In this document: piece after piece, positions 1-10,714 of the stretch
How the letters are laid out: each line of letters opens with the position of its first letter
Position numbering within the stretch: the stretch's first letter is position 1
DNA from: Candidatus Bathyarchaeia archaeon
Lineage (GTDB): Archaea > Thermoproteota > Bathyarchaeia > Bathyarchaeales > Bathycorpusculaceae
Direction: 5' to 3'
NCBI GenBank assembly: GCA_049512935.1
Contig: JBEKWR010000027.1
Coordinates: 1-26,273, forward strand
DNA: 26,273 nucleotides
Notes under the pieces: model-generated
Database searches by the model: none
Told to the model about the DNA's origin: nothing
The model's input: the letters and a program-made list of their open reading frames with translations, nothing else
Program-made: the position numbers and the translations under genes

Positions 1-1145
<1,145 letters not shown>

Positions 1146-1192
1146 CAAGAGCTAGCTATCGATGACAAAGCGGCAAGCCAACCGGCGCACGC

Positions 1193-1298
1193 TCAGCAAC
1201 CGCAGAAACTGTAGACGACGCTCAAAAGCTAGTCGGGGCAGGATTCGAATACGTTTGCAGCTTCGGCGAAGTCAAGCTATTCATGGGGACGAAAATAA
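1193..1298 (+). pseudogene. Probable remnant of the extreme C-terminus of an archaeal tyrosine integrase
   Basis: Translates as SATAETVDDAQKLVGAGFEYVCSFGEVKLF, then shifts frame to ...RK* (TAA 1296-1298). Resembles the 'A.T..EA.KL.EAGFEYV.....KLFRKRK*' tail I recall from Bathyarchaeia integrases. It has no start codon and lies 33 bp from a tRNA 3' end. Confidence 0.6.
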
Positions 1299-1331
1299 TT
1301 CGATACATCACCAATGGCGCCACTGGAAATG

Positions 1332-1410
1332 TGGTGGGGCCGCTGGGATTTGAACCCAGGATCGCTTGCGCCCCAGGCAAGTATCCTAATCCATGCTAGA
1401 CGACGGCCCC
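1332..1410 (-). tRNA. tRNA-Pro(GGG), CCA encoded
   Basis: Reverse complement is GGGGCCG...CTTGC-CT-GGG-GC-GCAAG...GGGTTCAAATCCC-AG-CGGCCCC-A-CCA, a complete cloverleaf. Confidence 0.97.
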
Positions 1411-1741
1411 GCTTTTTATTCGCTTAGGGTACAGTGGAATTGCCGCCTGAGGCTTATTTCCTTTTCTTGAACCAGCTCAAGTGTTACTCCATTTCTGCGC
1501 CTTTTTATAAGTCTAATGCTTGCCGCCGCAAAGGTCGACGCGGATTCGGGTCACAGCGACAGCCCCATTCAAGCGCTCCATGCGCCCATTTCAGGTTAGC
1601 CAACCAAAAACAAAAAGCGACGTCTACAGAACGGCAATCAGGATTAAAAATTCATAAGCCTTTACTTTAATGTCCTCAATTTAGTTTTTGTCTCCCCGAA
1701 TATGGGTTACAGGTTGCCCGCTGGGAAACGAAAAAAGCAAG

Positions 1742-2161
1742 TTGTCGGATAAAAAATTGGACAAAAAAAACCAATCCAAGAAGTTCGAAGAGGTGCTGAC
1801 GGACTCGATAGACGAAGCCTTTTCAGTCTTGGGAGAACCCGTAAAAAACACAATTTACTACAGCCTGGAGCATAAATTCCTGATTACAAAACAGGCCATT
1901 CCCTTCAGAATTGAAGATTTCTCGGAGGCTCTTGAACGGATTTTCGGTTTAGGCGCCAAGCACCTTGAACTCTTAATCATGAAGAACCTGTACGTTAAAG
2001 TCAACTGTTCATACAAGTGGGAAGGCCCAGATTGGCTTGTTCCCGACTTGACTTTTAAGAAATACGTTGAACTGATAAGAATTGGCTACGAAGAGGAAGA
2101 AAGAATCGGAACCGTTGAGGTCTTAGTGGATGCAGGGGAACGACAAGAGCAACGAACGTAA
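1742..2161 (+). CDS. Conserved archaeal protein, DUF3227/NitrOD5-like, associated with signal transduction
   Basis: IDEAFSVLGEPVKNTIYYSLEHKF...IEDFSEALERIFGLGAKHLE pattern; overlaps the kinase gene. Start is uncertain (TTG at 1688, 1742 or 1757). Confidence 0.6.
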   Translation: MSDKKLDKKNQSKKFEEVLTDSIDEAFSVLGEPVKNTIYYSLEHKFLITKQAIPFRIEDFSEALERIFGLGAKHLELLIMKNLYVKVNCSYKWEGPDWLVPDLTFKKYVELIRIGYEEEERIGTVEVLVDAGERQEQRT

Positions 2162-4862
2162 TAACGCAGCCTTAGCGTTGATGGATCTTATTCCTGACCC
2201 AGTTGTAATTATTGACGCTGAAAGAAAAATTGTAGCTGCAAATAGAAATTTCGGAAAATATGCAGGCTGTACATCTGAAGAATTCGTCGGAGAAAACTTT
2301 CTTGAACTAAGCTTCTTCGGAAAAAGAGAGAGATCGATTTTACAAAAAAACCTGAAAAAGCGGCTAGACGGTTCTGTTGTTCCTGCCTACGAAGTAAAAA
2401 TTAAAACTGAAAATGGAGATTCTAAATTCTTAGAATTGCAAGGGAACAAAATCGAGTACGAGGGAAGAATCTGTGACCTTGTAATTTTTCACGATGTTAC
2501 TGAGAGGTCGAATCATCAAAAAAAGCTGAGGCAAAAGCTTCTTAAGAGCGAAGAAAAATTCAGCGGAATAACGAATTCGATAAGAGATGCTATAATCTTA
2601 GTAGACAAAGAAGCCAAGGTAACTTATTGGAATCCTGCTGCTGAAAAAACGTTTGGCTACACAAGTGAAGAAACGACTGGCAAATACTTGCATGAACTGG
2701 TTGTTCCCAAAGCAATGTGCAAGGAAGGAAAAGAGCGAATTGATGCGAGCGTAAAAATATTCGGCCAGACTGGCATGGGGTATTTCACTGTTGGGAACAT
2801 TGAAGTAATCGGATGTCGAAAGGATGGCAGCGAATTTCCCGCCCAATTAACCGTATCGCCAATAAAGTTAGGCGGAAAATGGAATGCAGTCGGCGTAGTA
2901 AAAGATATCACCCAGAGAAAAAGAGAAGAGCAGAAACTTGGAGAAGCGGAACAACGTTACCACGCGTTATTTAATCAAGCGCCGTTGGGGATTTTGATCA
3001 TTGATCCAGAAACAACCGCCTTTGTTGAATTCAACGATGTTGCCCACACGCAACTGGGTTACACCCGAGAGGAATTCAAAAAACTTACTATTCACGACAT
3101 TACGGCTGAAGAAGACAAGGATTTAGTAAGAAGACGAATGGTGGAGATTTTAAGGAACGGCGGTGGGGAATTTGAGACCAAGCATCGCACTAAGAACGGT
3201 AATATCAGAAACACGCTGATAAACGCTTTAACAATCCAGTTAGCAGGCAAAACGTTTGTCCACGGTGTTTTTCATGACATAACCGAAATGCGAACAATGC
3301 AAGATGAGTTAATGAAAAGCGAGACGCAGTACCGTCAACTGGTCGAGCATGCGCAAGAAGGCATATGGGCTTTAAACGATGACATGACCACTTTATTTGT
3401 CAATCCGCGCATTACCCAAATGTTAGGATATACACAAAGCGAAATGGTGGGCAAAAGCTTATTTGAATTTGTGAAGAAGGGCGAAACCGAGGAAGCGAAA
3501 AAATTTTTAGCGCAATTCAAGCGGGGCGTCGATGGCGCATTTGAGTATGCTTTCCCCCGCAAAGATGGAACGTATGTTAATACAAGCATAGCCGCATCGA
3601 CCATTACAGATGACAACGGACAGCTAATAGGAACTCTTGCCTTGGTGGCAGACATTACTGAACGCAAGAAAATGCAAGATGCCCTGAACCAAGAGCGGGA
3701 AATGCTTGAAAACATGGCGGCAAGCATGGACGCGGGTCTCACACTTATTGGCAGAGACTTTCATGTCCTATGGGCTAACCAACTGCTGAAACAAGTTACA
3801 GGTGGTGAGCTGGAAAACAAGCTGTGCTACTCCATTTATGACCAGTCAAACCGAATTTGCCCAGATTGCGGCGTACGAAAAGTCTTTGAAAACGGCGTCC
3901 CAGTTGATCGGCATGACTACAACTTCAAATTTAACGGACGTGACGAGTGGGTAGAGCTTATCGTTACCCCCGTGAAGGACAAGGACGGAAAAGTTGTTGC
4001 TGCACTGGAACTTGCTGTGAACATAACTGAAAGGAAGCGACTGCAAAACAAAATAGCCGACTACTCTCAGCGGCTTGAAGAACTGGTTCAAAAAAGAACT
4101 GAGCAATTAAAGCAAACGCAGGCTGAACTGGTAAAGTCTGAGCGGCTTGCAGCTATCGGTGAGTTAGCAGGCATGGTCGGGCACGACTTACGGAACCCAT
4201 TGTCTGGAATTAAGAATTCTGCGTATTTCTTGAAGAAGAAGGGATCTGGAATCTCGCCTGATCAAGCCAAGGAGATGCTTGAGATAATCGAGAAATGCGT
4301 GGATTACTCCAACAAGATAGTGAACGACCTTTTAGATTACTCAAGGGACATACTTTTAGACCTGCAAGAGTTTTCCCCGAAGCAGTTGATGCATGAATCT
4401 TTAGCTATGATTCAAGTGCCTGAAAACGTAAAAATCGTAAACAACTTGTTGAGCGACCAAAAGTTGAAGGCTGACGCTGACAAAATAAAAAGGGTTTTTG
4501 TAAACCTGATAAAGAACGCGATTGACGCAATGCCGAACGGGGGAAAGCTAACGATTGACGGCGAAGCAAGAGGCAACTTTGAAATCACTTTCACGGACAC
4601 CGGCATAGGAATCAGCGACGAAGTCTTGCCGAAACTTTTCTCCCCCTTATTTACTACTAAAGCGAAGGGGATGGGTTTCGGCTTAGCAATCTGCAAACGC
4701 ATCGTTGAAGCCCACGGTGGAACAATAGTGGTTAAAACAGTCAAGAACCAAGGAACCGCCTTTACGGTTACATTGCCTTTTGAACCAACATTTGAAACTG
4801 GAGGTGAAAAAATTTGGGTAAACATGCCAGAATCCTCATTGTCGACGACGACGAAAACATAA
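2130..4862 (+). CDS. Cytoplasmic multi-PAS sensor histidine kinase
   Basis: About five PAS/PAC repeats ending in DVTE/DITQ/DITE/DITE/NITE. H-box GHDLRNPL, N-box NLIKNAIDA, G1 DTGIGI, F-box FTTK, G2 GMGFGL. No transmembrane helix. Confidence 0.95.
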   Translation: MQGNDKSNERNNAALALMDLIPDPVVIIDAERKIVAANRNFGKYAGCTSEEFVGENFLELSFFGKRERSILQKNLKKRLDGSVVPAYEVKIKTENGDSKFLELQGNKIEYEGRICDLVIFHDVTERSNHQKKLRQKLLKSEEKFSGITNSIRDAIILVDKEAKVTYWNPAAEKTFGYTSEETTGKYLHELVVPKAMCKEGKERIDASVKIFGQTGMGYFTVGNIEVIGCRKDGSEFPAQLTVSPIKLGGKWNAVGVVKDITQRKREEQKLGEAEQRYHALFNQAPLGILIIDPETTAFVEFNDVAHTQLGYTREEFKKLTIHDITAEEDKDLVRRRMVEILRNGGGEFETKHRTKNGNIRNTLINALTIQLAGKTFVHGVFHDITEMRTMQDELMKSETQYRQLVEHAQEGIWALNDDMTTLFVNPRITQMLGYTQSEMVGKSLFEFVKKGETEEAKKFLAQFKRGVDGAFEYAFPRKDGTYVNTSIAASTITDDNGQLIGTLALVADITERKKMQDALNQEREMLENMAASMDAGLTLIGRDFHVLWANQLLKQVTGGELENKLCYSIYDQSNRICPDCGVRKVFENGVPVDRHDYNFKFNGRDEWVELIVTPVKDKDGKVVAALELAVNITERKRLQNKIADYSQRLEELVQKRTEQLKQTQAELVKSERLAAIGELAGMVGHDLRNPLSGIKNSAYFLKKKGSGISPDQAKEMLEIIEKCVDYSNKIVNDLLDYSRDILLDLQEFSPKQLMHESLAMIQVPENVKIVNNLLSDQKLKADADKIKRVFVNLIKNAIDAMPNGGKLTIDGEARGNFEITFTDTGIGISDEVLPKLFSPLFTTKAKGMGFGLAICKRIVEAHGGTIVVKTVKNQGTAFTVTLPFEPTFETGGEKIWVNMPESSLSTTTKT

Positions 4863-5266
4863 GAAACACCATGAAAGCAATTCTTGAAGACGAAGGATAC
4901 GTTGTTGACACGGCGGTCAACGGCAGCGAGGCAATCCGAAAAACGCAGGAAGCAGCCTTTAACGTTGCGCTATTAGACATTCGGCTGCCAGATATGGAAG
5001 GCGTTGAACTGCTCAGACTGATTAATGATGGCGTTCCGAGAATGCGCAAAATCATGGTGACGGGTTACCCCTCGATGCAGAATGCGATTGCTGCCTTAAA
5101 CAAGAATGCGGATGCGTACCTGATAAAACCCGTTGACGTCGAAAACCTTCTGACAACTGTTAAAAACCAGTTGCAGCTGCAAGAAGGCGAAAGAGAGTTC
5201 AGCGAGGAAAGGGTGTCGGAATTCATCGAAAGCAGAGTCAAAGAACTGTCAATAATCCGCCCTTAA
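4814..5266 (+). CDS. Response regulator receiver protein with a short C-terminal helix
   Basis: ILIVDDD, LLDIRLPD (phospho-Asp), MVTG and KP motifs. GGAGGTGA SD precedes the TTG start. Overlaps the kinase 3' end by 49 nt. Confidence 0.95.
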   Translation: MGKHARILIVDDDENIRNTMKAILEDEGYVVDTAVNGSEAIRKTQEAAFNVALLDIRLPDMEGVELLRLINDGVPRMRKIMVTGYPSMQNAIAALNKNADAYLIKPVDVENLLTTVKNQLQLQEGEREFSEERVSEFIESRVKELSIIRP

Positions 5267-5435
5267 GACGCCGAAGAACCCTTTTTTTCTTCAATGCCCA
5301 GCCTTAACGCCGCGTTTTGTTGTTGCTAACACACAATCACGCATGTTAATTAGGAGGTTTTCCAGCCAATTTCTTAGGAGAAAAAATGCTTGCCAAACAG
5401 CGTTCATTTTTTCATGTTTTTTGGAGGTGACCGCT

Positions 5436-5600
5436 TTGGCTATTGACAAAAAGAAGGGCGACTTCACTGTTCAGCAGAGAAAGAAGAAAAGCGAAATAAT
5501 CGAAGAAAACCATCATCAAGTCAATGTGCCTCTTGACGTTGGCGACGAAGAAAAAAAGGCTTTGGAGCAAACAGGCGAAGACGCCACTTCAGGATGGTAA
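5436..5600 (+). CDS. Small charged hypothetical protein, 54 aa (MAIDKKKG...EDATSGW)
   Basis: Strong SD GGAGGTGA at 5423-5430, 5 nt before an in-frame TTG. Confidence 0.55.
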   Translation: MAIDKKKGDFTVQQRKKKSEIIEENHHQVNVPLDVGDEEKKALEQTGEDATSGW

Positions 5601-5735
5601 AACGATTAACGTTCCGTTTTGTGAACAGAGCAATGACAGGGTTTGAGCCCAGCATTTAACCTGTGAAGACCTGTTAACTTTGAAACGTAAATCTTTTATT
5701 TGCATCACCCTAGTAATAAACAGTGGGGTAAGCAT

Positions 5736-5996
5736 TTGGTTGAAGAATCAGTAATCGAGATTGGTCACATAACGCATTTCTTCTCGAAAATCGGGGTGGC
5801 AGTCGTGGAGTTAACTTCACCCTTAGCCGTCGGAGACCGCATACTCGTCAAGGGACCCTTAACGGATTTCGAGCAAACCGTCGACTCAATGCAAATAGAC
5901 CGCAAAGCCATCACACGCGCTGAAGGCGGACAAAGCATCGGGTTAAAACTGGTTCAACTCGCGAGAGAAAAAGACACGGTTTACAAGAAACTTTAA
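5736..5996 (+). CDS. Translation elongation factor-like beta-barrel protein (EF-Tu domain II / U32 C-terminal-like)
   Basis: IGHITHFFSKIGVAVVEL...VGDRI...FEQTVDSMQID...GQSIGLK...VYK. TTG start after GGGGTA chosen over the start at 5700. Confidence 0.8.
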   Translation: MVEESVIEIGHITHFFSKIGVAVVELTSPLAVGDRILVKGPLTDFEQTVDSMQIDRKAITRAEGGQSIGLKLVQLAREKDTVYKKL

Positions 5997-6018
5997 GCGG
6001 TCTTTGCCTAACGCGAGT

Positions 6019-7143
6019 TTAAGCGGCGCCAGTGGAGGCATCGACGATGCGCTTGATTTCAGCGTTCAAAGCCTCAGGCAACCCCAAAATTCCCACGTCC
6101 ATGAAGCCCCGAATTATCAGGGAGACAGCCTGATCCCTTGAGAGACGCCGAGTCATTAAGTAAGTGATTTCTTTTTCGCTGATCTTTCCAACCGCGGCTT
6201 CATGCGTTATCTCAACACCCTTCTTCCTCGCGATTAACTCGGGAATAGACTGCATGAACGATTTGTCATCCATTAGCAAGCCACGGCACTCCAGATGTCC
6301 CTTGCAATCGCTGCTGTCGCCTTCTATCATGCCGCGGATGAACATTTTGGAGCCCTCGCGAGCTATGGCGCGGCTTATCATCTCCGCCTTGCTGCCCCTT
6401 CCGCTTAGAACCGCTTTTGAGCCGATGTCCAGCTGCGAGTTCGCTTGACCGTAGAGTATGCTGTTGAAGCTTACACGTGAATCTTCACCCGTGCAGTAAC
6501 CGACTGGGTACATTTGTATATCGCGGACTGGACGCATGCAAACGTAGTTGGAGACGAAAGTTGCCCTATCATCAATTTGCGCGGCGCTTCTGGGACGGAC
6601 CAGCGTGTTTTCGCTCCACTGGTGAATCATCGTGAAGTTTAACATTGCCTCTTTCTTCACGTAGATCTCGGAAATGCCCAGGTGAGAAGCCTGAGGAACA
6701 GATGAGTGCTGAACGCAGCTGGTTATGATGTGCGATTTTGAGCCTTCCTCAGCGATGATTATGTTGTGGACCCGCTGCTCCAGATTCTTCTGCGTAATCA
6801 TCAGGCATGACTGCAATGGAAAAGTCAACTCAGCACCGGGAAGTATGCGCATGAAGTAGCCGCCGCTGTAGTCCTCCGCAACCTTCTTGGTGAACTCGTC
6901 CTTGTCCTTGCTTACAACCTTCCACATGTAATCTTGTAGCCAAGAGTACTTCTTCAACGCGGCTTTAACGTCCATAAGCTCCAGTTTGCCTTCATAAGCC
7001 TCGTTTACACTTGCAGCGACGGTTTCCTGGTTCAGGTGCATAAAGGTGCCTGCGCGGTTTCGCCCCTCTGAATCCATACCTGCTTTCTCGGCTTCTTCAA
7101 GAATCTTATGCGGAACTTTGGTCAGGTCACTTTCTCGGTTCAC
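6019..7143 (-). CDS. sufB: SufB/SufD-family Fe-S assembly scaffold (SmsB type)
   Basis: FPLQSC, QRVHNIIIAEEGS, GHLECRGL, ITHEAAVGKI, LIIRGFM motifs; overlaps sufC. Confidence 0.92.
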   Translation of the reverse strand: MNRESDLTKVPHKILEEAEKAGMDSEGRNRAGTFMHLNQETVAASVNEAYEGKLELMDVKAALKKYSWLQDYMWKVVSKDKDEFTKKVAEDYSGGYFMRILPGAELTFPLQSCLMITQKNLEQRVHNIIIAEEGSKSHIITSCVQHSSVPQASHLGISEIYVKKEAMLNFTMIHQWSENTLVRPRSAAQIDDRATFVSNYVCMRPVRDIQMYPVGYCTGEDSRVSFNSILYGQANSQLDIGSKAVLSGRGSKAEMISRAIAREGSKMFIRGMIEGDSSDCKGHLECRGLLMDDKSFMQSIPELIARKKGVEITHEAAVGKISEKEITYLMTRRLSRDQAVSLIIRGFMDVGILGLPEALNAEIKRIVDASTGAA

Positions 7144-7894
7144 TTGTCCATCCCTCGCGCGGTCTCTTCCTGCAGGAAACGCATTCTTCGTACCCCATCT
7201 TCTTGATGTCCTCGTAAATCTTCATCGGATGCGTGTAGCAGTGGAACTGCCCATCAAGAAGTATGCAGCCGTAAGTGGCTTTTATGTACTCTAAAATGTC
7301 TCCTTTATGAGTAATAATCAACGATGAACCTCCCGAGTTCTCAACGTACCGTTCAATTTCGCTCGCGATCAAACGCAGACTCTCCACGTCCACGCCCGAG
7401 TCGGGTTCATCCAGAAGCATCAGGTTAGGCTTCATAAAAATCAACTGAAGAATCTCAGAACGCTTCCTCTCTCCGCCGCTAAACCCCACGTTGACGTCGC
7501 GGTTCAAGAAACCATCCAGCTTGAAAGCCTCAATTTGCTTCATTTCCTCAGCCGAAAACTCGTCAGTTACAGTTTTGCCAAGGCACAGCTTCAGCAGGTC
7601 CGCAAGTTTAACGCCTGTCACTTCGGGCGGATTCTGAAAGCTCACAACAATGCCAAGCCGCGCCCTTTCATCAATCCCCTTGCCTGTGATGTCGACGCCT
7701 CTGAATAGTATCTTGCCTGAAACAACCTCGTAGCCAGGCAGCCCCATAAGAGTGCTGATAAGCGTGGTTTTTCCTGAACCGTTCGGGCCGAAAAGAATGT
7801 GGCTTGTAGCTTCCTTAAGGCTGAAACTCACGTTTTTGATAATTAGTTTGCCTTCAACCTTGACGGATAAGTCTTTTACTTCAAGCATGTCCAT
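7127..7894 (-). CDS. sufC: SufC-like ABC ATPase (SmsC type)
   Basis: Walker A GPNGSGKT, FSGGERKRSE, LDEPDSGVD, and a C-terminal CxxC (EECVSC). Confidence 0.93.
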   Translation of the reverse strand: MDMLEVKDLSVKVEGKLIIKNVSFSLKEATSHILFGPNGSGKTTLISTLMGLPGYEVVSGKILFRGVDITGKGIDERARLGIVVSFQNPPEVTGVKLADLLKLCLGKTVTDEFSAEEMKQIEAFKLDGFLNRDVNVGFSGGERKRSEILQLIFMKPNLMLLDEPDSGVDVESLRLIASEIERYVENSGGSSLIITHKGDILEYIKATYGCILLDGQFHCYTHPMKIYEDIKKMGYEECVSCRKRPREGWTSEPRK

Positions 7895-8041
7895 GCTTAA
7901 CCAAGAAGCGCTAATTTAAAGATAAACCTTATGACTCCAAAAAAGCAAAACAGGGGACAACGTAAACAACGGCACGCTCCGCAGCTAAACAAAATTTTTC
8001 TTGCCCTTTGCAGGTTCGGGATTTAAAGCAAGATTGTAAAA

Positions 8042-9172
8042 TCACGGTATTATTTCGCAGCCGTTGTACTTGATAAAGTCAAAATCCGTCAGGCTTATCT
8101 TCCCGTTCTGGATCAGCCGCCGCATCCTTGGAATTTCAGCCTCAACATCCACCGCAAGCGCCGCCACCGTTTCGCACACTTTACCATACTGCTCGTCGCT
8201 CCACCGCTTAGTAATGTTGGCGTAAAGGCATCGTCCCCCGCAGACCCCCAAGATTTCGCAGTTCACGCATGGCGGCTGGTCAACAAAGATTCTTTTTATA
8301 GCCAGCGGGTCAGCGTCGGCGATGTTGCCCAAATAGTACTTTTTCATACCCCACATCGTCGGGCAAGGAATGATGTAGCCGTCAGTTTGAACCGCATAGT
8401 TCACCCAGCCGCCGCCGCAACGCATCAGACAATTTTTTTCCTCGTGCAAAAGCGAGTCGGCAACGCCCAGCAGAGGGTAAAGCTTCAAAACGAAGCCTTT
8501 CTCCTCCATCTGGTCAACCCAGAACCGCGCGAGCTTTTTCACTCCTGGAATGTAGCTGCTTTTTGTCCACTCCTCAAAGTTTCGTCTCTTGTAGTCGTTT
8601 CCCCAGAAACCCGCGTTCAACTGCCAATGCACCGAAGAGAAGGAAAATTCGTCGTTGTCAAGAAGCCAACGGACCTGCTTGTAGATGTCGGTATGCTCCA
8701 TAACCGTCATTCGGGCAATCAGTTCGCCTTTGAACCCGTTTCGCGTGATGAGTTTGAGGTTGTCGATGACTTTGCGAAACGTGCCTTTCCCACGGTAGTA
8801 GTCGGCTAACGCTTCTTCGCCGTCGATGGACACCAGGATCGTGTGGAAGCGGTTGACGTATTTCGGCTCCAACTTGTCAAGAAGCAGCCCGTTCGTCTGA
8901 ATCATGAAAAGCTTGGGTGAAACCTTATCCATGATCTGCTTGACCTTGTCGACGCCGAGGAGGGGTTCGCCGCCGTAAAAGGTCAAGACGCAATCAGGGT
9001 CTTTTCGGCAAAACCTGTCCAGCAACTCCACGTCATAGCTGATTTTTTTAGGAAGCGCGTATTCAACCTCTATATCGTCGCCGAAGTCCTCGTCGAAATC
9101 ATCCAAGGACTCGCCGAAACAGTAGCGACACTGCAAGTTACATTCGGTTGTCACTATCACGTGGAAGAACAT
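8042..9172 (-). CDS. Radical SAM/SPASM protein, AF0577/TIGR04084-like (putative peptide-modifying)
   Basis: CNLQCRYC, FYGGEPLL, QTNG, VSIDG, and SPASM cysteines RCGGG..IIPCP..CVNC..GVCGGRCLY..C. Confidence 0.88.
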   Translation of the reverse strand: MFFHVIVTTECNLQCRYCFGESLDDFDEDFGDDIEVEYALPKKISYDVELLDRFCRKDPDCVLTFYGGEPLLGVDKVKQIMDKVSPKLFMIQTNGLLLDKLEPKYVNRFHTILVSIDGEEALADYYRGKGTFRKVIDNLKLITRNGFKGELIARMTVMEHTDIYKQVRWLLDNDEFSFSSVHWQLNAGFWGNDYKRRNFEEWTKSSYIPGVKKLARFWVDQMEEKGFVLKLYPLLGVADSLLHEEKNCLMRCGGGWVNYAVQTDGYIIPCPTMWGMKKYYLGNIADADPLAIKRIFVDQPPCVNCEILGVCGGRCLYANITKRWSDEQYGKVCETVAALAVDVEAEIPRMRRLIQNGKISLTDFDFIKYNGCEIIP

Positions 9173-9196
9173 GCACCCTTGAGAATGCAGTCATCC

Positions 9197-10534
9197 TTAA
9201 TAGTATTTTTCCGCGAGCTTGCTGGCTTTATCGTACCCTGGCGGCTTTTCAGTTTCTCCATCGTTTTCTTTGCCGCCTAACTCAACCTTCTCAGCACGTA
9301 TGATGTTTTTCTTGTCCGCTTCTTTTTTAGCCTGCTTAAGCGCCTTTTCAGCATAACTCTTCAGGTCTCTGTCCTTCAGGGTTTTTTCAGACAAAGTCTC
9401 TGGAGCATAAACTAAGGGTAAAACGGCCAAAAACAGGAAAAAACCCGTAAACGAAAACAGCGCGTACGGAGAAACACTCGAGGCCACGTAGTTACTCAAA
9501 GACAACTCTAAGAATTTTGAAATGAAAAAGGGCAATACTCCAATTGCGTAATATTTTTCACTTTTTGAATCATTACTCAGGTCGCCCCATATTAAAACAA
9601 CGAACATAACGTAGAAAATACCCCACGCTAAGCCATCTGCCACTGTGTAGAAATACCAACTGGCCATGTCTTTCGGATACAACCCTAAGACAGAGTAGCC
9701 GACTCCTATCAACACAAATCCTGCGATGGCAACGCGTTTTCGTCCCAGATAATCTATTAGAAAACCGCTAGCCACTGCGAATACTCCGATGATGGCTCCC
9801 TCCATCGTTTGTAAGATGTTGATTTGGTTGGCCCCAAGAACAGTATCCTGCACTGGAATACTGAGATAATTGACTAAACAAAACATAAGCCAAGGGATTA
9901 GGTACAGAATGAAAGATCTTTGCTTTAGAATTCCTGAAAATGAGACTTCCGTGGTTTTGGGTTTTTCAGAATTTTCAGTTGCGAATTTCTGAAAAGGCAA
10001 GGCTGCTAAACCGAATAGTCTCCAAACCACTAGAATTAGCACGGTGACCAAGATCCCACCGCTGTTGATTAAAGCCAGTAAGACGGTTCCGACGCATGTT
10101 AAAAATATTATTAAGCCACTGTACCGTCCGCGAACTTTAATTTCGGTTAGCTTTATGAAATTATTCATGCAACTTGGGATGCCTAAACCGAGGGATATTC
10201 CAAACAGCACCGCGACTAACATGGTAATGGGTATTTCAGCAAAATTCAAACTTAATAAAAACAGAGGGGATATTATTCCCAGAGCGACCCAGATTGCAAG
10301 AAAAGATTTTATTTGGATTTTTTTTACAAGCAGACTGCCTGCTACTAAAGAAATCATCACTGCAGAGAAATGAATAGCCCATATTTCCGTTTGGAGGAAG
10401 CCTGTTGCAACGCTGTTTATGGTGGTTTCTAAGAGTTTTGACGCTGAGAAATACCATATAAGGACATTGATAATTAAGAATGTGCTTTGTAGTATAAGCT
10501 TCCGATCATTTGGAAAATTTTTGGCTAAGTGCAT
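9197..10534 (-). CDS. MFS-fold membrane protein with a charged C-terminal tail
   Basis: About 12 hydrophobic helices, motif A (DYLGRKR) in the second half, PET motif after the last helix, and a Lys/Glu-rich tail. Confidence 0.88.
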   Translation of the reverse strand: MHLAKNFPNDRKLILQSTFLIINVLIWYFSASKLLETTINSVATGFLQTEIWAIHFSAVMISLVAGSLLVKKIQIKSFLAIWVALGIISPLFLLSLNFAEIPITMLVAVLFGISLGLGIPSCMNNFIKLTEIKVRGRYSGLIIFLTCVGTVLLALINSGGILVTVLILVVWRLFGLAALPFQKFATENSEKPKTTEVSFSGILKQRSFILYLIPWLMFCLVNYLSIPVQDTVLGANQINILQTMEGAIIGVFAVASGFLIDYLGRKRVAIAGFVLIGVGYSVLGLYPKDMASWYFYTVADGLAWGIFYVMFVVLIWGDLSNDSKSEKYYAIGVLPFFISKFLELSLSNYVASSVSPYALFSFTGFFLFLAVLPLVYAPETLSEKTLKDRDLKSYAEKALKQAKKEADKKNIIRAEKVELGGKENDGETEKPPGYDKASKLAEKYY

Positions 10535-10662
10535 GTTTTAACACTGTGTATTTTATCGTACGAGTTTCATGGAATAATCATTTTACCACTATTGACTTTC
10601 AGGTCAAGATAAGGTTTAAGGAGCGAAAAACTGTATTTTGGATAAGCAAACAAGCAGGCTAC

Positions 10663-10678
10663 CGCAAACCTTTTAAAG
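10663..10678 (+). promoter_or_regulatory. Archaeal BRE + TATA promoter for the short peptide gene
   Basis: CGCAAA-CC-TTTTAAAG. Predicts a transcription start near 10700, just before the GGAGG SD at 10702-10706. Confidence 0.6.
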
Positions 10679-10714
10679 AATATATGTTCAACATAAATAC
10701 AGGAGGAAAGGAGT

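Noticed and set aside
2130-5266. Kinase and receiver as ComP/ComA equivalents of the peptide system
   Set aside because: The kinase has no membrane sensor, the receiver has no HTH, and they lie several kb away behind unrelated genes. No link can be supported.
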